NCBI GenBank assembly: GCA_944350285.1
Contig: CALVOL010000002.1
Span: 1 to 47,814, forward strand
DNA length: 47,814 bases
Source of the DNA: an uncultured Bacilli bacterium
Lineage (GTDB): Bacteria; Bacillota_I; Bacilli_A; RF39; UBA660
Reading direction: 5' to 3'
Shown piece after piece: positions 35,643 to 43,736 of this stretch. The position numbers and the translations under genes are program-made. Each line of letters begins with the position of its first letter. Positions within the stretch are counted from its first letter, which is position 1. Below the pieces are notes generated by a model, which saw only the letters and a list, made by a program, of their open reading frames with translations, did no database searches and was not told where the DNA came from.

Positions 35643-37034
35643 TTACATCTTATTTTGTATCTCTTTAATCTGATTTGCTACCATAGGATTCTCCTTAATA
35701 TCCATAGCTATTTTATCACAAGCGTGGATAACTGTCGAATGGTCTCGTCCACCAAACTCAAGCCCTATTCGATTTAAGTTTTCCTCCGTAAGTTGTCGTG
35801 ATAAATACATCGCAATTTGTCTTGGATAAGCAATATCTGCACTTCTTCTCTTTCCTTTTAAGTCATCTACCGTAATTTTAAAGTAATCAGCTACTGCTTT
35901 TTGAATTCCCTCAATACTATTAGTTTTATAGATATTGTGATTAACGTAATCCCCAAGTGCCTCAATTGCAAAATTTAAATCGACTTTCTCTGGAACAATC
36001 ATTGCTGTATAGGCCATTAACCGGTTCAGCGCTCCTTCTAAAAATCGAACATCATTTTGACAATTATTTGCGATATATTCAATAACATTTTCATCAATTC
36101 TAGTCGAAATTGTCATATTTTTAAGCTTAGCTGTAATAATTTTACATCGCAAATCAAAGTCCGGTGGATAAATATCTACAGGAAGTCCCCACATAAACCG
36201 ACTTCTAAGCCTTTCTTCTAACAATTTCAAGTCATCAGGACTCCGGTCAGAACTAATAATAATCTGTTTATTTGCTTGATGTAAGGCATTGAAAGTATGG
36301 AAAAATTCTTGCTGAGTCTTTTCAGCACCGACAAGATACTGAATATCATCAATAATTAATACGTCTACTTCCCTATATTTCTTTTTAAAATTAGCCGCAC
36401 TTTGAATATTATTCTTATTATCACTATTTATAATGTTGATGTATTCATCTTTGAACATTTCACTTGTTGTGTATAACACCTTTTTTTTCGTGTGTTCTAC
36501 TATATAATTGCCTATCGCATGCATTAAATGAGTTTTTCCTAGTCCACTCTTTCCGTAGATAAATAAAGGGTTATGCACTTTTCCCGGTTGCTCCGCAACA
36601 ATCATCCCAGCCGTTTTAGCTAGTCGATTAGAATCCCCTACTACATAGTTATTAAAGTTTAATTCAGGAATTAAATTCGTTTCCCATTCTTCATAAGTAG
36701 TCTCTACATTATCTACATAAGTAGGAATTGGAGAAAAGTTATCCACATTATCCACATTTTTCTGAACTTCTAATAAATCATCATCAATTTCCTCTTTTAA
36801 TAAAAATTCAAATTCATAATTATGATTAGATACTTTATAAAAAGCATCATCAATTAAATTATAATAATTAGTTGTAAGAATTCGTTTATGTATTTCCATT
36901 GGAACTTGAATATATACTTTATTATCTTTAATCTTAATAAGCTTTAAATCATTAAACCAAGCATGAAAAGAAGCGGAATTTACTTCTGGATAAATTTCAT
37001 TTAATACCGATTGCCAAAGATCTTTTTCATCCAT
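35643..37034 (-). CDS. dnaA: Chromosomal replication initiator protein DnaA
   Basis: Start placed at MDEKDLWQSVL after a GGGGTGG SD. Walker A GKSGLGKTHL, Walker B LIIDDIQ, and the domain IV segment IAYPRQIAMYLSRQLT...FGGRDHSTVIHA are present. The ORF-track start at 37100 is an extension. Confidence 0.97.
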   Translation of the reverse strand: MDEKDLWQSVLNEIYPEVNSASFHAWFNDLKLIKIKDNKVYIQVPMEIHKRILTTNYYNLIDDAFYKVSNHNYEFEFLLKEEIDDDLLEVQKNVDNVDNFSPIPTYVDNVETTYEEWETNLIPELNFNNYVVGDSNRLAKTAGMIVAEQPGKVHNPLFIYGKSGLGKTHLMHAIGNYIVEHTKKKVLYTTSEMFKDEYINIINSDNKNNIQSAANFKKKYREVDVLIIDDIQYLVGAEKTQQEFFHTFNALHQANKQIIISSDRSPDDLKLLEERLRSRFMWGLPVDIYPPDFDLRCKIITAKLKNMTISTRIDENVIEYIANNCQNDVRFLEGALNRLMAYTAMIVPEKVDLNFAIEALGDYVNHNIYKTNSIEGIQKAVADYFKITVDDLKGKRRSADIAYPRQIAMYLSRQLTEENLNRIGLEFGGRDHSTVIHACDKIAMDIKENPMVANQIKEIQNKM

Positions 37035-37116
37035 TAAACCACCCCGCTTCACATTTATCAACATTATTCTACACTTTTTTCTCTCTCTTTCCAAGCACAA
37101 ATTACCAAAACTTCAC

Positions 37117-37244
37117 TTTTCCACAACTTATCAACATTACAACCCAGCATAAAACCTACAAAAAAAGCAGTTATCCACATTATCCACAAATTTTTATTCA
37201 CATCGAAGTGTATAAGTGAAAACTGTGTATAAAAATTATCCACA
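37117..37244. promoter_or_regulatory. oriC upstream DnaA-box cluster (dnaA-rpmH spacer)
   Basis: TTTTCCACA (37117-37125), TTATCAACA (37128-37136), tandem perfect TTATCCACA boxes (37171-37179 and 37180-37188), TTATTCACA (37194-37202) and a perfect TTATCCACA (37236-37244). Confidence 0.88.
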
Positions 37245-37362
37245 TGATGTGAATATGTGTATAAATGTCGAAATATGTCGATAAAATAAGGAAAAATAAA
37301 AGAAACAAAATGTGAATAGTTATAAACAATAAGATTTTAACTGTCCAGATTTCAAGAAAAGA

Positions 37363-37392
37363 TTGACTTTTATAAATATTTAATATTATAAT
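37363..37392 (+). promoter_or_regulatory. Sigma-A promoter of rpmH
   Basis: TTGACT (37363-37368), an 18-nt spacer, then TATAAT (37387-37392). GGAGGG lies 6 nt upstream of the rpmH ATG. Confidence 0.7.
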
Positions 37393-37421
37393 AAGGGAGC
37401 TTTAAACGAAGGAGGGATACT

Positions 37422-37547
37422 ATGAAAGTCGGAACTTATCAACCTAATAAGAGAAAAAGAGCAAAGAAACATGGATTTTTTGCTCGTAAAGAGTCCAATA
37501 TTTTAAAAAGTAGAAGAAAAAAAGGTCGTAAAAGACTTTGCAGTTAA
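37422..37547 (+). CDS. rpmH: 50S ribosomal protein L34
   Basis: Not in the ORF track because it is under 60 aa. Manual translation gives MKVGTYQPNKRKRAKKHGFFARKESNILKSRRKKGRKRLCS (41 aa), a typical L34. It lies upstream of rnpA. Confidence 0.93.
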   Translation: MKVGTYQPNKRKRAKKHGFFARKESNILKSRRKKGRKRLCS

Positions 37548-37577
37548 AAAACCACATCTTTTATGTGGCTTTTTTTC
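37548..37577 (+). terminator. Hairpin plus T-run between rpmH and rnpA (terminator/attenuator)
   Basis: AACCACAT-CTTTT-ATGTGGCT followed by TTTTTTT. Confidence 0.6.
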
Positions 37578-37598
37578 ATTTATGAAAGGAGTTAATCC

Positions 37599-37943
37599 AT
37601 GAAAAGAACAGAAATGATTAAACCTCATCAAGAATTTTCCGAAATTATCCGAAATGAAAGATATTTAAAAAATAAAGACTTTTCTGTATATATAAGGAAA
37701 GGGAAATATAGTTATCCACATTTTGGAATAGCAGTTTCAAAAAAATTAGGAAATGCGGTCAATCGAAACAAATTAAAAAGAAGAATGCGGGTTATTTTAG
37801 ATGAATACAAAAAAGAATTGCCGTTTAACGAGGATTATATTATAATAATGAAAGAAAACACAAAAAATCTTTCTTATCAAGAGTTGCAAGAGAGTTTTCG
37901 TGATTTAATGAAGAAAAGGAGAAAAAATGAAACATCAAAATAA
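37599..37943 (+). CDS. rnpA: Ribonuclease P protein component
   Basis: 114-aa basic ORF with the RNR-like motif NAVNRNKLKRRMR. Synteny is rpmH-rnpA-yidC. Confidence 0.92.
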   Translation: MKRTEMIKPHQEFSEIIRNERYLKNKDFSVYIRKGKYSYPHFGIAVSKKLGNAVNRNKLKRRMRVILDEYKKELPFNEDYIIIMKENTKNLSYQELQESFRDLMKKRRKNETSK

Positions 37944-38997
37944 AATATTAGCAATGATAGTAATCTGCATCATCTTTTTAACAAGTGGCTGCGGAACAAA
38001 TGATTACTTAAAAGATGAAAATGGCAATATCATTGTCAATGAAGCGACTGGACAAAGTGTACAAAAAGATATATTATGTCAACCAGCAGCAGATTCAGAA
38101 CTATATAAAATTTATCAAGACCATGCAGATCAATTATCTGTCAAAGTAGAAGACTTACCACTTTGTAGTGAATTTAGTCTAACATCAAATGAGTACAATG
38201 GTTTATGGGAAGCAATATTAGTAAGACCTCTAGCATTAGTAATTTTAAAGTTTGGTTATTTATTTAACAACTTTGGTATTTCCGTTATGTTTGTTGGTTT
38301 ATTAATTCGTTTAATCTTATTACCATTCTCACTAAAAAGTATGAGACAAACAAACAACATGCAAAAAGCCCAACCTGAGATTGCAAGAATTGAAAAGAAA
38401 TACGAAAATAAATCCGACAGTGATTCGATGATGGCAAAAAGCCAAGAAATGATGATGGTTTATCAAAAATATAAAATAAATCCAGTATCAGGTTGCCTAG
38501 TCGCATTAATTCAAATTCCTTTATTCTTTGCCTTTTTATCAGCAATCAATAAAGTGCCTGCCATTTTTGAAGGCGAGCTCTTTGGAATGAATTTAGGAAT
38601 GACTCCATGGAAGGGACTTGGTCAAGGAGAATATATCTACATTGTTTTAATCTTCTTAATTGTCGCAACGACGTATCTATCTTTCAAAAACACAATGAAG
38701 AATGGTCAAAACAATGAAATGATGAAACAAATGAATTTCATGTTTATGTTTGTAATTATCAGTATATCAATCGCATCATTTAGCTTACCAACTGCAATTG
38801 CCTTTTACTGGATTGTTGTAAATGGATTTGCTGTCGTGCAAAACTATATAATAAAAAAGATTTTGAGTAAAGAAGAACTTGGAACCAAACCAAAGTCTAA
38901 AGAAAAAAAATCAAATAAAAAAGTAATAGAAGTAAAACATCAAGAAAAGAAAGTTTCAAAAAAGGACTCAAAAGAAAAAAAAGTTAGAAAGAAGTGA
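37927..38997 (+). CDS. yidC: Membrane protein insertase YidC/SpoIIIJ (lipoprotein type)
   Basis: 356-aa ORF with the lipobox LTSGC, polytopic 60-kDa-IMP core segments (PLFFAFLSAI, AFYWIVVNGF) and a Lys-rich C-terminal tail. Confidence 0.92.
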   Translation: MKHQNKILAMIVICIIFLTSGCGTNDYLKDENGNIIVNEATGQSVQKDILCQPAADSELYKIYQDHADQLSVKVEDLPLCSEFSLTSNEYNGLWEAILVRPLALVILKFGYLFNNFGISVMFVGLLIRLILLPFSLKSMRQTNNMQKAQPEIARIEKKYENKSDSDSMMAKSQEMMMVYQKYKINPVSGCLVALIQIPLFFAFLSAINKVPAIFEGELFGMNLGMTPWKGLGQGEYIYIVLIFLIVATTYLSFKNTMKNGQNNEMMKQMNFMFMFVIISISIASFSLPTAIAFYWIVVNGFAVVQNYIIKKILSKEELGTKPKSKEKKSNKKVIEVKHQEKKVSKKDSKEKKVRKK

Positions 38998-39001
38998 TAA
39001 T

Positions 39002-39601
39002 ATGCCAGTAGTTACCGAAGCAAAGACTTTAATTGAAGCCATTGAAAATGCCAAAAATGAATTAAAAACAGAAAAAATCATCTATACAAAAAAAGAAAAA
39101 ACAAGTGGTAAATTATTTAAATCTACCATGTATGAAGTCACGGCAATTTCAGAGATTGAACTTATGGATGAAATGAAAAAATACTTAAAAGAAATCATTG
39201 AAAATATGGGACTTACTGTTCAATTTGAAAGTTCAAAAAGGGAAGATACCTATGAAATTACTATGTATTCTGATAATAATTCTATCTTAATTGGTAAAAA
39301 TGGCCAAACATTAAAGGCTTTAGAAACAATGATTCGTGCAAAAATGAACATAGATTGGAATATATCACCGAAAATAGTTTTAGATGTAGAAAACTATAAA
39401 GAAAAAAGAATCGAACACTTAGAAAGATTAGCTATAAGACTTGCCAAAGAAGTTCGAGCAACCAAAGTGGATGCAGTTCTAGATAATATGAATTCCTATG
39501 AAAGAAGAATTATTCATAACAAATTATCTAACTTTAAAGGTGTATCCACGGTAAGTGAAGGCGAAGAACCAAACCGTCATGTAATTATAAAATCAGAGTA
39601 A
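39002..39601 (+). CDS. jag: Jag/KhpB RNA-binding protein (KH and R3H domains)
   Basis: 199-aa ORF with LIGKNGQTLKALE (KH GXXG) and SYERRIIHNKL (R3H). It follows yidC. Confidence 0.9.
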   Translation: MPVVTEAKTLIEAIENAKNELKTEKIIYTKKEKTSGKLFKSTMYEVTAISEIELMDEMKKYLKEIIENMGLTVQFESSKREDTYEITMYSDNNSILIGKNGQTLKALETMIRAKMNIDWNISPKIVLDVENYKEKRIEHLERLAIRLAKEVRATKVDAVLDNMNSYERRIIHNKLSNFKGVSTVSEGEEPNRHVIIKSE

Positions 39602-39650
39602 TCTGTTTTTTATATAACAGGAAAGTAATACAATACCCCACGATTTACTA

Positions 39651-39679
39651 TTGACAAACATGTGTTCGTATTGTATAAT
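39651..39679 (+). promoter_or_regulatory. Consensus sigma-A promoter in front of the TnpB remnant
   Basis: TTGACA (39651-39656), a 17-nt spacer, then TATAAT (39674-39679). An AAGAGGTGA SD precedes the ATG at 39709. Confidence 0.7.
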
Positions 39680-39708
39680 CTTGTTAATCAAAAGAGGTGA
39701 TACAACAT

Positions 39709-40664
39709 ATGAAAATTACAAAAGCTTATCAGTTTCGACTTTATCCAACTAAGGAACAGGAAATACTCATTCATAAAACATTTGGATGTACAAGATTTCT
39801 ATATAATCAAATGTTAGAGGAGTAAAAGAAAGCTATCGGACTAATTGTAATAGAAGTAGTTATAAAGAAAAAGAATATGCTAGTATTGAAGTAGATATGA
39901 AAGAAAAAACAATTACTTTACCTAAATTAAAGAAAGTAAAAATAAGAGGATATCGTAATTTAGAACAGTTACCAGGAAGAATACTTAATGCCACGATAAA
40001 ACAAGTAGGATATAAATACTATGTAAGTGTTTGTGTCGAAGAAGAAGTAGAAATTCCTGTTATGAGTGAGAAACGAGCTATCGGGATTGATGTTGGAGTC
40101 AAAAACATGGTAGTGACTAGTGATGGTGAGTATTATGAGAATCCTGATTTTCTAAAGAAATATGAAAGAAGAATCCAAGGGTATCAACAAGAATTATCCA
40201 GAAGAAAAAAAGGAAGTAAAAACTATGAGAAAACTTTAAGAAAAATAGAAGAACTCTATCGAAAACTCAAAAACGCAAGAAAGAAATATCTAGAAGAAGT
40301 TGTATCTAAGATATTAAAAGGAAAAGAAATTATATTAGCAGAAAGATTAAAAGTCAAAGAGATGTTATCCAAAGAAAAGAATCCCAAAAGTGTAAGAAAG
40401 AGTATTAGTAATGTTAGTTTTCAAACAATCTTACAAACAATAGAGTACAAATGTAAATGGAGTGGGAAGACGTTTCATCAAATATCTACTTATTATCCAA
40501 GTAATCAAATCTGTAGTGAATGTGGATATAAAGATAACACCATGAAAGATTATGGAAAAAGAGAATACATTTGTCCGGTTTGTAAGACGAAGATAGAAAG
40601 GGACTACAATGCAAGTAGAAATATTTTACAAGAGGGATTAAGAGAGATAAAGATAGCATCATAA
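39709..40664 (+). pseudogene. tnpB: IS200/IS605-family TnpB (OrfB) RNA-guided nuclease gene, disrupted
   Basis: The N-terminal 38 codons MKITKAYQFRLYPTKEQEILIHKTFGCTRFLYNQMLEE end in TAA at 39823-39825. The 255-aa ORF at 39897-40664 keeps RuvC-I GIDVGVKN, RuvC-II LAERLKVKEM, the Zn finger CSECG...CPVC and RuvC-III RDYNASRNI. Only about 70 nt link the two parts, where roughly 100 aa would be expected. Confidence 0.8.
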
Positions 40665-40759
40665 ATAAAATGAAATAAAAAATAGTACGGGGGCGACCCT
40701 CGGAAATGTGGTCTCTGTAAAAAGAGAAAAGGAATACCGTGAGGTATTCCAAGGGAAGA

Positions 40760-42729
40760 AATAGAAAATTTATTGTTACAATTCACAGCTGATGAAAGTG
40801 GATAAGTAGCTAAGTTGCCCACAAAATGCGATAAAATCGGGAAAAATCGCATTTTTTTGTTGCAAAATTCTAAGAATTATGATTAATTGAAAAAGAATGG
40901 AAGGCGAAATAATATGAAAGATTTTACAGCAAAAGAATTAGAAAATCTATTTAGTAAAAAACAATTGTCAGCCTATAATCAAAAATTAAAAAGAGAACTT
41001 TATTTATTAAAAATGGATTACCATAAAGTTTTAGTAACACGAGACAGTTATATAGAAAAAGAAATAAATAAAAGAGAACATGATCTTCAAAAAGAATGGA
41101 AACATAAAATAAAAATAGTAGAATTAAAAGCAAAAATAAGTATAGATTTACTGAATCGAAAAGAAAAGAAAATAAGAACTATAGAATTAATACATCAAAA
41201 AGAAATGGAAGCAAAAGATGCGTTAATTGAAGCAAAAGATATAGAACTCGAAAAAAAAGATGCGCTAATTGAAGCAAAAGATGCAGAAATACTAAGATTA
41301 CAAAAAGAACTAGAAAAAAGAGACATCTTATTAAATAGTAATGGAACCAATAGTTCAATACCAACAAGTCAAACATCAATAAGCATGAAGAAAGTGATTC
41401 CAAATTCAAGAGAGAAAAGTGAAAAAAACAAGGGAGGACAAATCGGACATAAAAAACATAAATTAGAGAAATTTAAAGATGAAGAAATTACAGAAATTCG
41501 ATATGAAGAGCTAGAAGAATGTACACAATGTCATCAAAAGCATTTAGAAGAAACAGGAAACGTAATTTATAAAGATAGCTATGAATATCGAATCATAGTA
41601 GATAAAGTGAGAACTGGATTTAAAGAATATCGATGTAAGGATTGTGGAAAAATTATAAGAAAAGCGATACCCGATAATTTAAAAGAAGAAAATCAATATG
41701 GAAGTAGTATACAAGGATTAGCATTAGGACTTATGAATATCGGAAATGTCCCAATAAATAAAGTAAAAAGAGTAATAAGTGGTCTTACAATGGGAGAAAT
41801 AGAATTAAGTGAAGGATATATTTCAAAATTAACGAAAAGAGCAAGTAAAATAGTAGAACCATTTCTAAAAGAAGTACAGGCAAAGATTTTAGAACTTTCA
41901 AAAATCCATTGGGATGATACAGTAATCATGATCAATACAAAACGATCATGTATGAGATTTTATGGAGATGAAAGATTAGCATTATATAAAGCACATGAAA
42001 AGAAAAATATGGAAGGATTAGATAAAGACAATATATTGAATTTACTAAATCAAGAACAGATGGTTATCCATGATCATAATAAAGTAAATTACAATACGAA
42101 ATATGCTTTCATGAATGTAGAATGTAATGCCCACTTATTAAGGGATTTACAAAAAGTAAGTGATAATATTCCGGAAAGAACATGGGCAAAGTTATTAAAA
42201 GAACATATCCAAAATTATAATCATAAAAGAAATACATATTTAGAAGAAGGAAAAGAAGAATTTAATGAAGAAGAAATCAATGAATATTTTATGAAATTAG
42301 ATGAATATATCATTCTAGGATATGAAGAAAATGAGCAGAATAACAAGCCATACTACTCCCAAACAGAAAAGAATTTACTAGATCGAATTGTAGAATATCG
42401 GGATAATTACACTTATTGGGTATTAGATTTCGGAATTCCTCTTACCAATAATATAAGTGAGAGAGCTTTAAGAGGAGTTAAGACAAAGATGAAAGTATCT
42501 GGGCAGTTCCAAAACCTATCAAGTGCTGAGTATTATGCAAATATAAGAAGTTACATTGAAACATGCCATAGAAATGGTATTAATGAGCTGGAAGCATTAC
42601 AAAGATTAGCATCAGGCAATCCGTTTACTTTAAGTGAAATTCTAAACAATCAAAAAAATTAGCTATAATTGCTAACTTTTTTGTATGCTACAATCTTTGG
42701 CTGTGAATTGTAACAATTTATTTTCTATT
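40760..42729 (+). mobile_element. IS66-family (single-ORF, ISBst12-like) insertion sequence
   Basis: Terminal inverted repeats ATAGAAAATTTATTGTTACAATTCACAGC (40761-40789) and GCTGTGAATTGTAACAATTTATTTTCTAT (42700-42728) match at 27/29 and flank one transposase ORF. Exact ends and the target duplication are unresolved. Confidence 0.7.
40914..42662 (+). CDS. IS66-family transposase
   Basis: N-terminal coiled coil with a duplicated KDALIEAKD, a Zn-finger region (CTQCH...CKDCG), DDE-type blocks HWDDTVIMIN, IHDHNKVNY and ECNAHLLRDL, and the C-terminal PLTNNISERALRGVK. The ATG at 40914 follows a GGAAGG SD. The ORF-track start is a TTG at 40887. Confidence 0.8.
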   Translation: MKDFTAKELENLFSKKQLSAYNQKLKRELYLLKMDYHKVLVTRDSYIEKEINKREHDLQKEWKHKIKIVELKAKISIDLLNRKEKKIRTIELIHQKEMEAKDALIEAKDIELEKKDALIEAKDAEILRLQKELEKRDILLNSNGTNSSIPTSQTSISMKKVIPNSREKSEKNKGGQIGHKKHKLEKFKDEEITEIRYEELEECTQCHQKHLEETGNVIYKDSYEYRIIVDKVRTGFKEYRCKDCGKIIRKAIPDNLKEENQYGSSIQGLALGLMNIGNVPINKVKRVISGLTMGEIELSEGYISKLTKRASKIVEPFLKEVQAKILELSKIHWDDTVIMINTKRSCMRFYGDERLALYKAHEKKNMEGLDKDNILNLLNQEQMVIHDHNKVNYNTKYAFMNVECNAHLLRDLQKVSDNIPERTWAKLLKEHIQNYNHKRNTYLEEGKEEFNEEEINEYFMKLDEYIILGYEENEQNNKPYYSQTEKNLLDRIVEYRDNYTYWVLDFGIPLTNNISERALRGVKTKMKVSGQFQNLSSAEYYANIRSYIETCHRNGINELEALQRLASGNPFTLSEILNNQKN

Positions 42730-42800
42730 GAATTCCTTTTTGTTCTTTTCATATAATACAAATTGTGATAATATAGACAAACAAAGGAAGTTGAGTGACA

Positions 42801-43700
42801 ATGGAAGAACAACTCGCTAAATTAATTTATGATTATACCAAAAAAGAAAAAATAATAGATAAAGAATTCATAGAATCTTTCGCTGAAATAGTGGTAGATA
42901 ACTATGCAATAAATGAATATTTAAACAAAATTGTGTATGAAAAAACATCATCTAAAAATAGCGTTATGTGTTATCAAAATAATAATGGAACTAGAAAGAT
43001 AACGATATATCGAAATGATTTAAATCAAGAAGTGAACTTCTTAGTAAATAGTTTTTTTAAAGGTAATAGTACAGTATTAATAAAAAATGTATTAATTTTA
43101 CAAATGTTAATGCATGAATTAATGCATATTAAACAATATAAAACTTACAATGAGAAGAAAATAGAAAAAGCAAATACAATTGAAGATGCTGTAACTTTCA
43201 TAGCCTGGAGTATCGTATTAATCACTGATTTTGAAGCAATTCTTATGAATATATTAGGAAAGAAAAATGCAATAAATAAAAAATTGACAGAATTAACCCA
43301 AAAGAGAATAGATAAAGCCTATTTTTTTGATCCAATAGAAAGAATGGCAGAAATAGATGCCTGCCAAATTATGAAAAAAATCCTATATATTCTAAAACTC
43401 AATCACCAAGAAGTAGAGATGTTTACATACCTTAATTATTTAATAATGAACAAAGAAATAAGTAGTTATGATAAAACAGAAAATAACTTTCCATTTCAAA
43501 AATTTGTAAATATTGGTCATTTACAAAAAGCGTGGAAACAATCCATTATTTATGATTCAATTAAAAAAGGCTTAACAAAGGAATGTTTGAATTTGCCACT
43601 AGAAGAAAGATGTCGTTATGGTTTTCCGATTACAGAGGAAGAAAAAGAAGAATTACAAAGAGAGCATATAATTCTAAGTAGAAAATTGCTGAATTCATAA
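42801..43700 (+). CDS. Hypothetical protein with an HExxH motif (putative metallopeptidase-like)
   Basis: About 299 aa starting from the ATG after an AAAGGAAG SD. The only recognisable feature is LMHELMHIKQ (HExxH), with the acidic DPIERMAEID downstream. Confidence 0.5.
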   Translation: MEEQLAKLIYDYTKKEKIIDKEFIESFAEIVVDNYAINEYLNKIVYEKTSSKNSVMCYQNNNGTRKITIYRNDLNQEVNFLVNSFFKGNSTVLIKNVLILQMLMHELMHIKQYKTYNEKKIEKANTIEDAVTFIAWSIVLITDFEAILMNILGKKNAINKKLTELTQKRIDKAYFFDPIERMAEIDACQIMKKILYILKLNHQEVEMFTYLNYLIMNKEISSYDKTENNFPFQKFVNIGHLQKAWKQSIIYDSIKKGLTKECLNLPLEERCRYGFPITEEEKEELQREHIILSRKLLNS

Positions 43701-43714
43701 AATAATGGTATAAT
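43686..43714 (+). promoter_or_regulatory. Candidate extended -10 promoter for mnmE
   Basis: TTGCTG (43686-43691), a 17-nt spacer, then TGgTATAAT (43706-43714). It lies within and just after the 3' end of the HExxH ORF. Confidence 0.45.
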
Positions 43715-43736
43715 ACCCGCGAATGGAAGTGGTAAC

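Noticed and set aside
37035-37100. Upstream extensions of dnaA (to 37100), recF (to 33805), tadA (to 26971), pth (to 21294), the IS66 transposase (from 40887) and the HExxH ORF (from 42795) in the ORF track.
   Set aside because: In each case an internal Met preceded by a Shine-Dalgarno sequence gives the canonical family N-terminus. The extensions also overlap oriC boxes, the SRP RNA or palindromes.
39602-39620. The hairpin CTGTT-TTTTATAT-AACAG right after jag, considered as a terminator.
   Set aside because: The stem is only 5 bp, the loop is 8 nt, and no T-run follows. This is too weak to call.
41211-41290. A 45-bp tandem duplication (GCAAAAGATGCG.TAATTGAAGCAAAAGAT).
   Set aside because: It lies inside the coiled-coil N-terminal region of the IS66-family transposase and simply encodes a repeated KDALIEAKD heptad-like segment. 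It is not an independent element.
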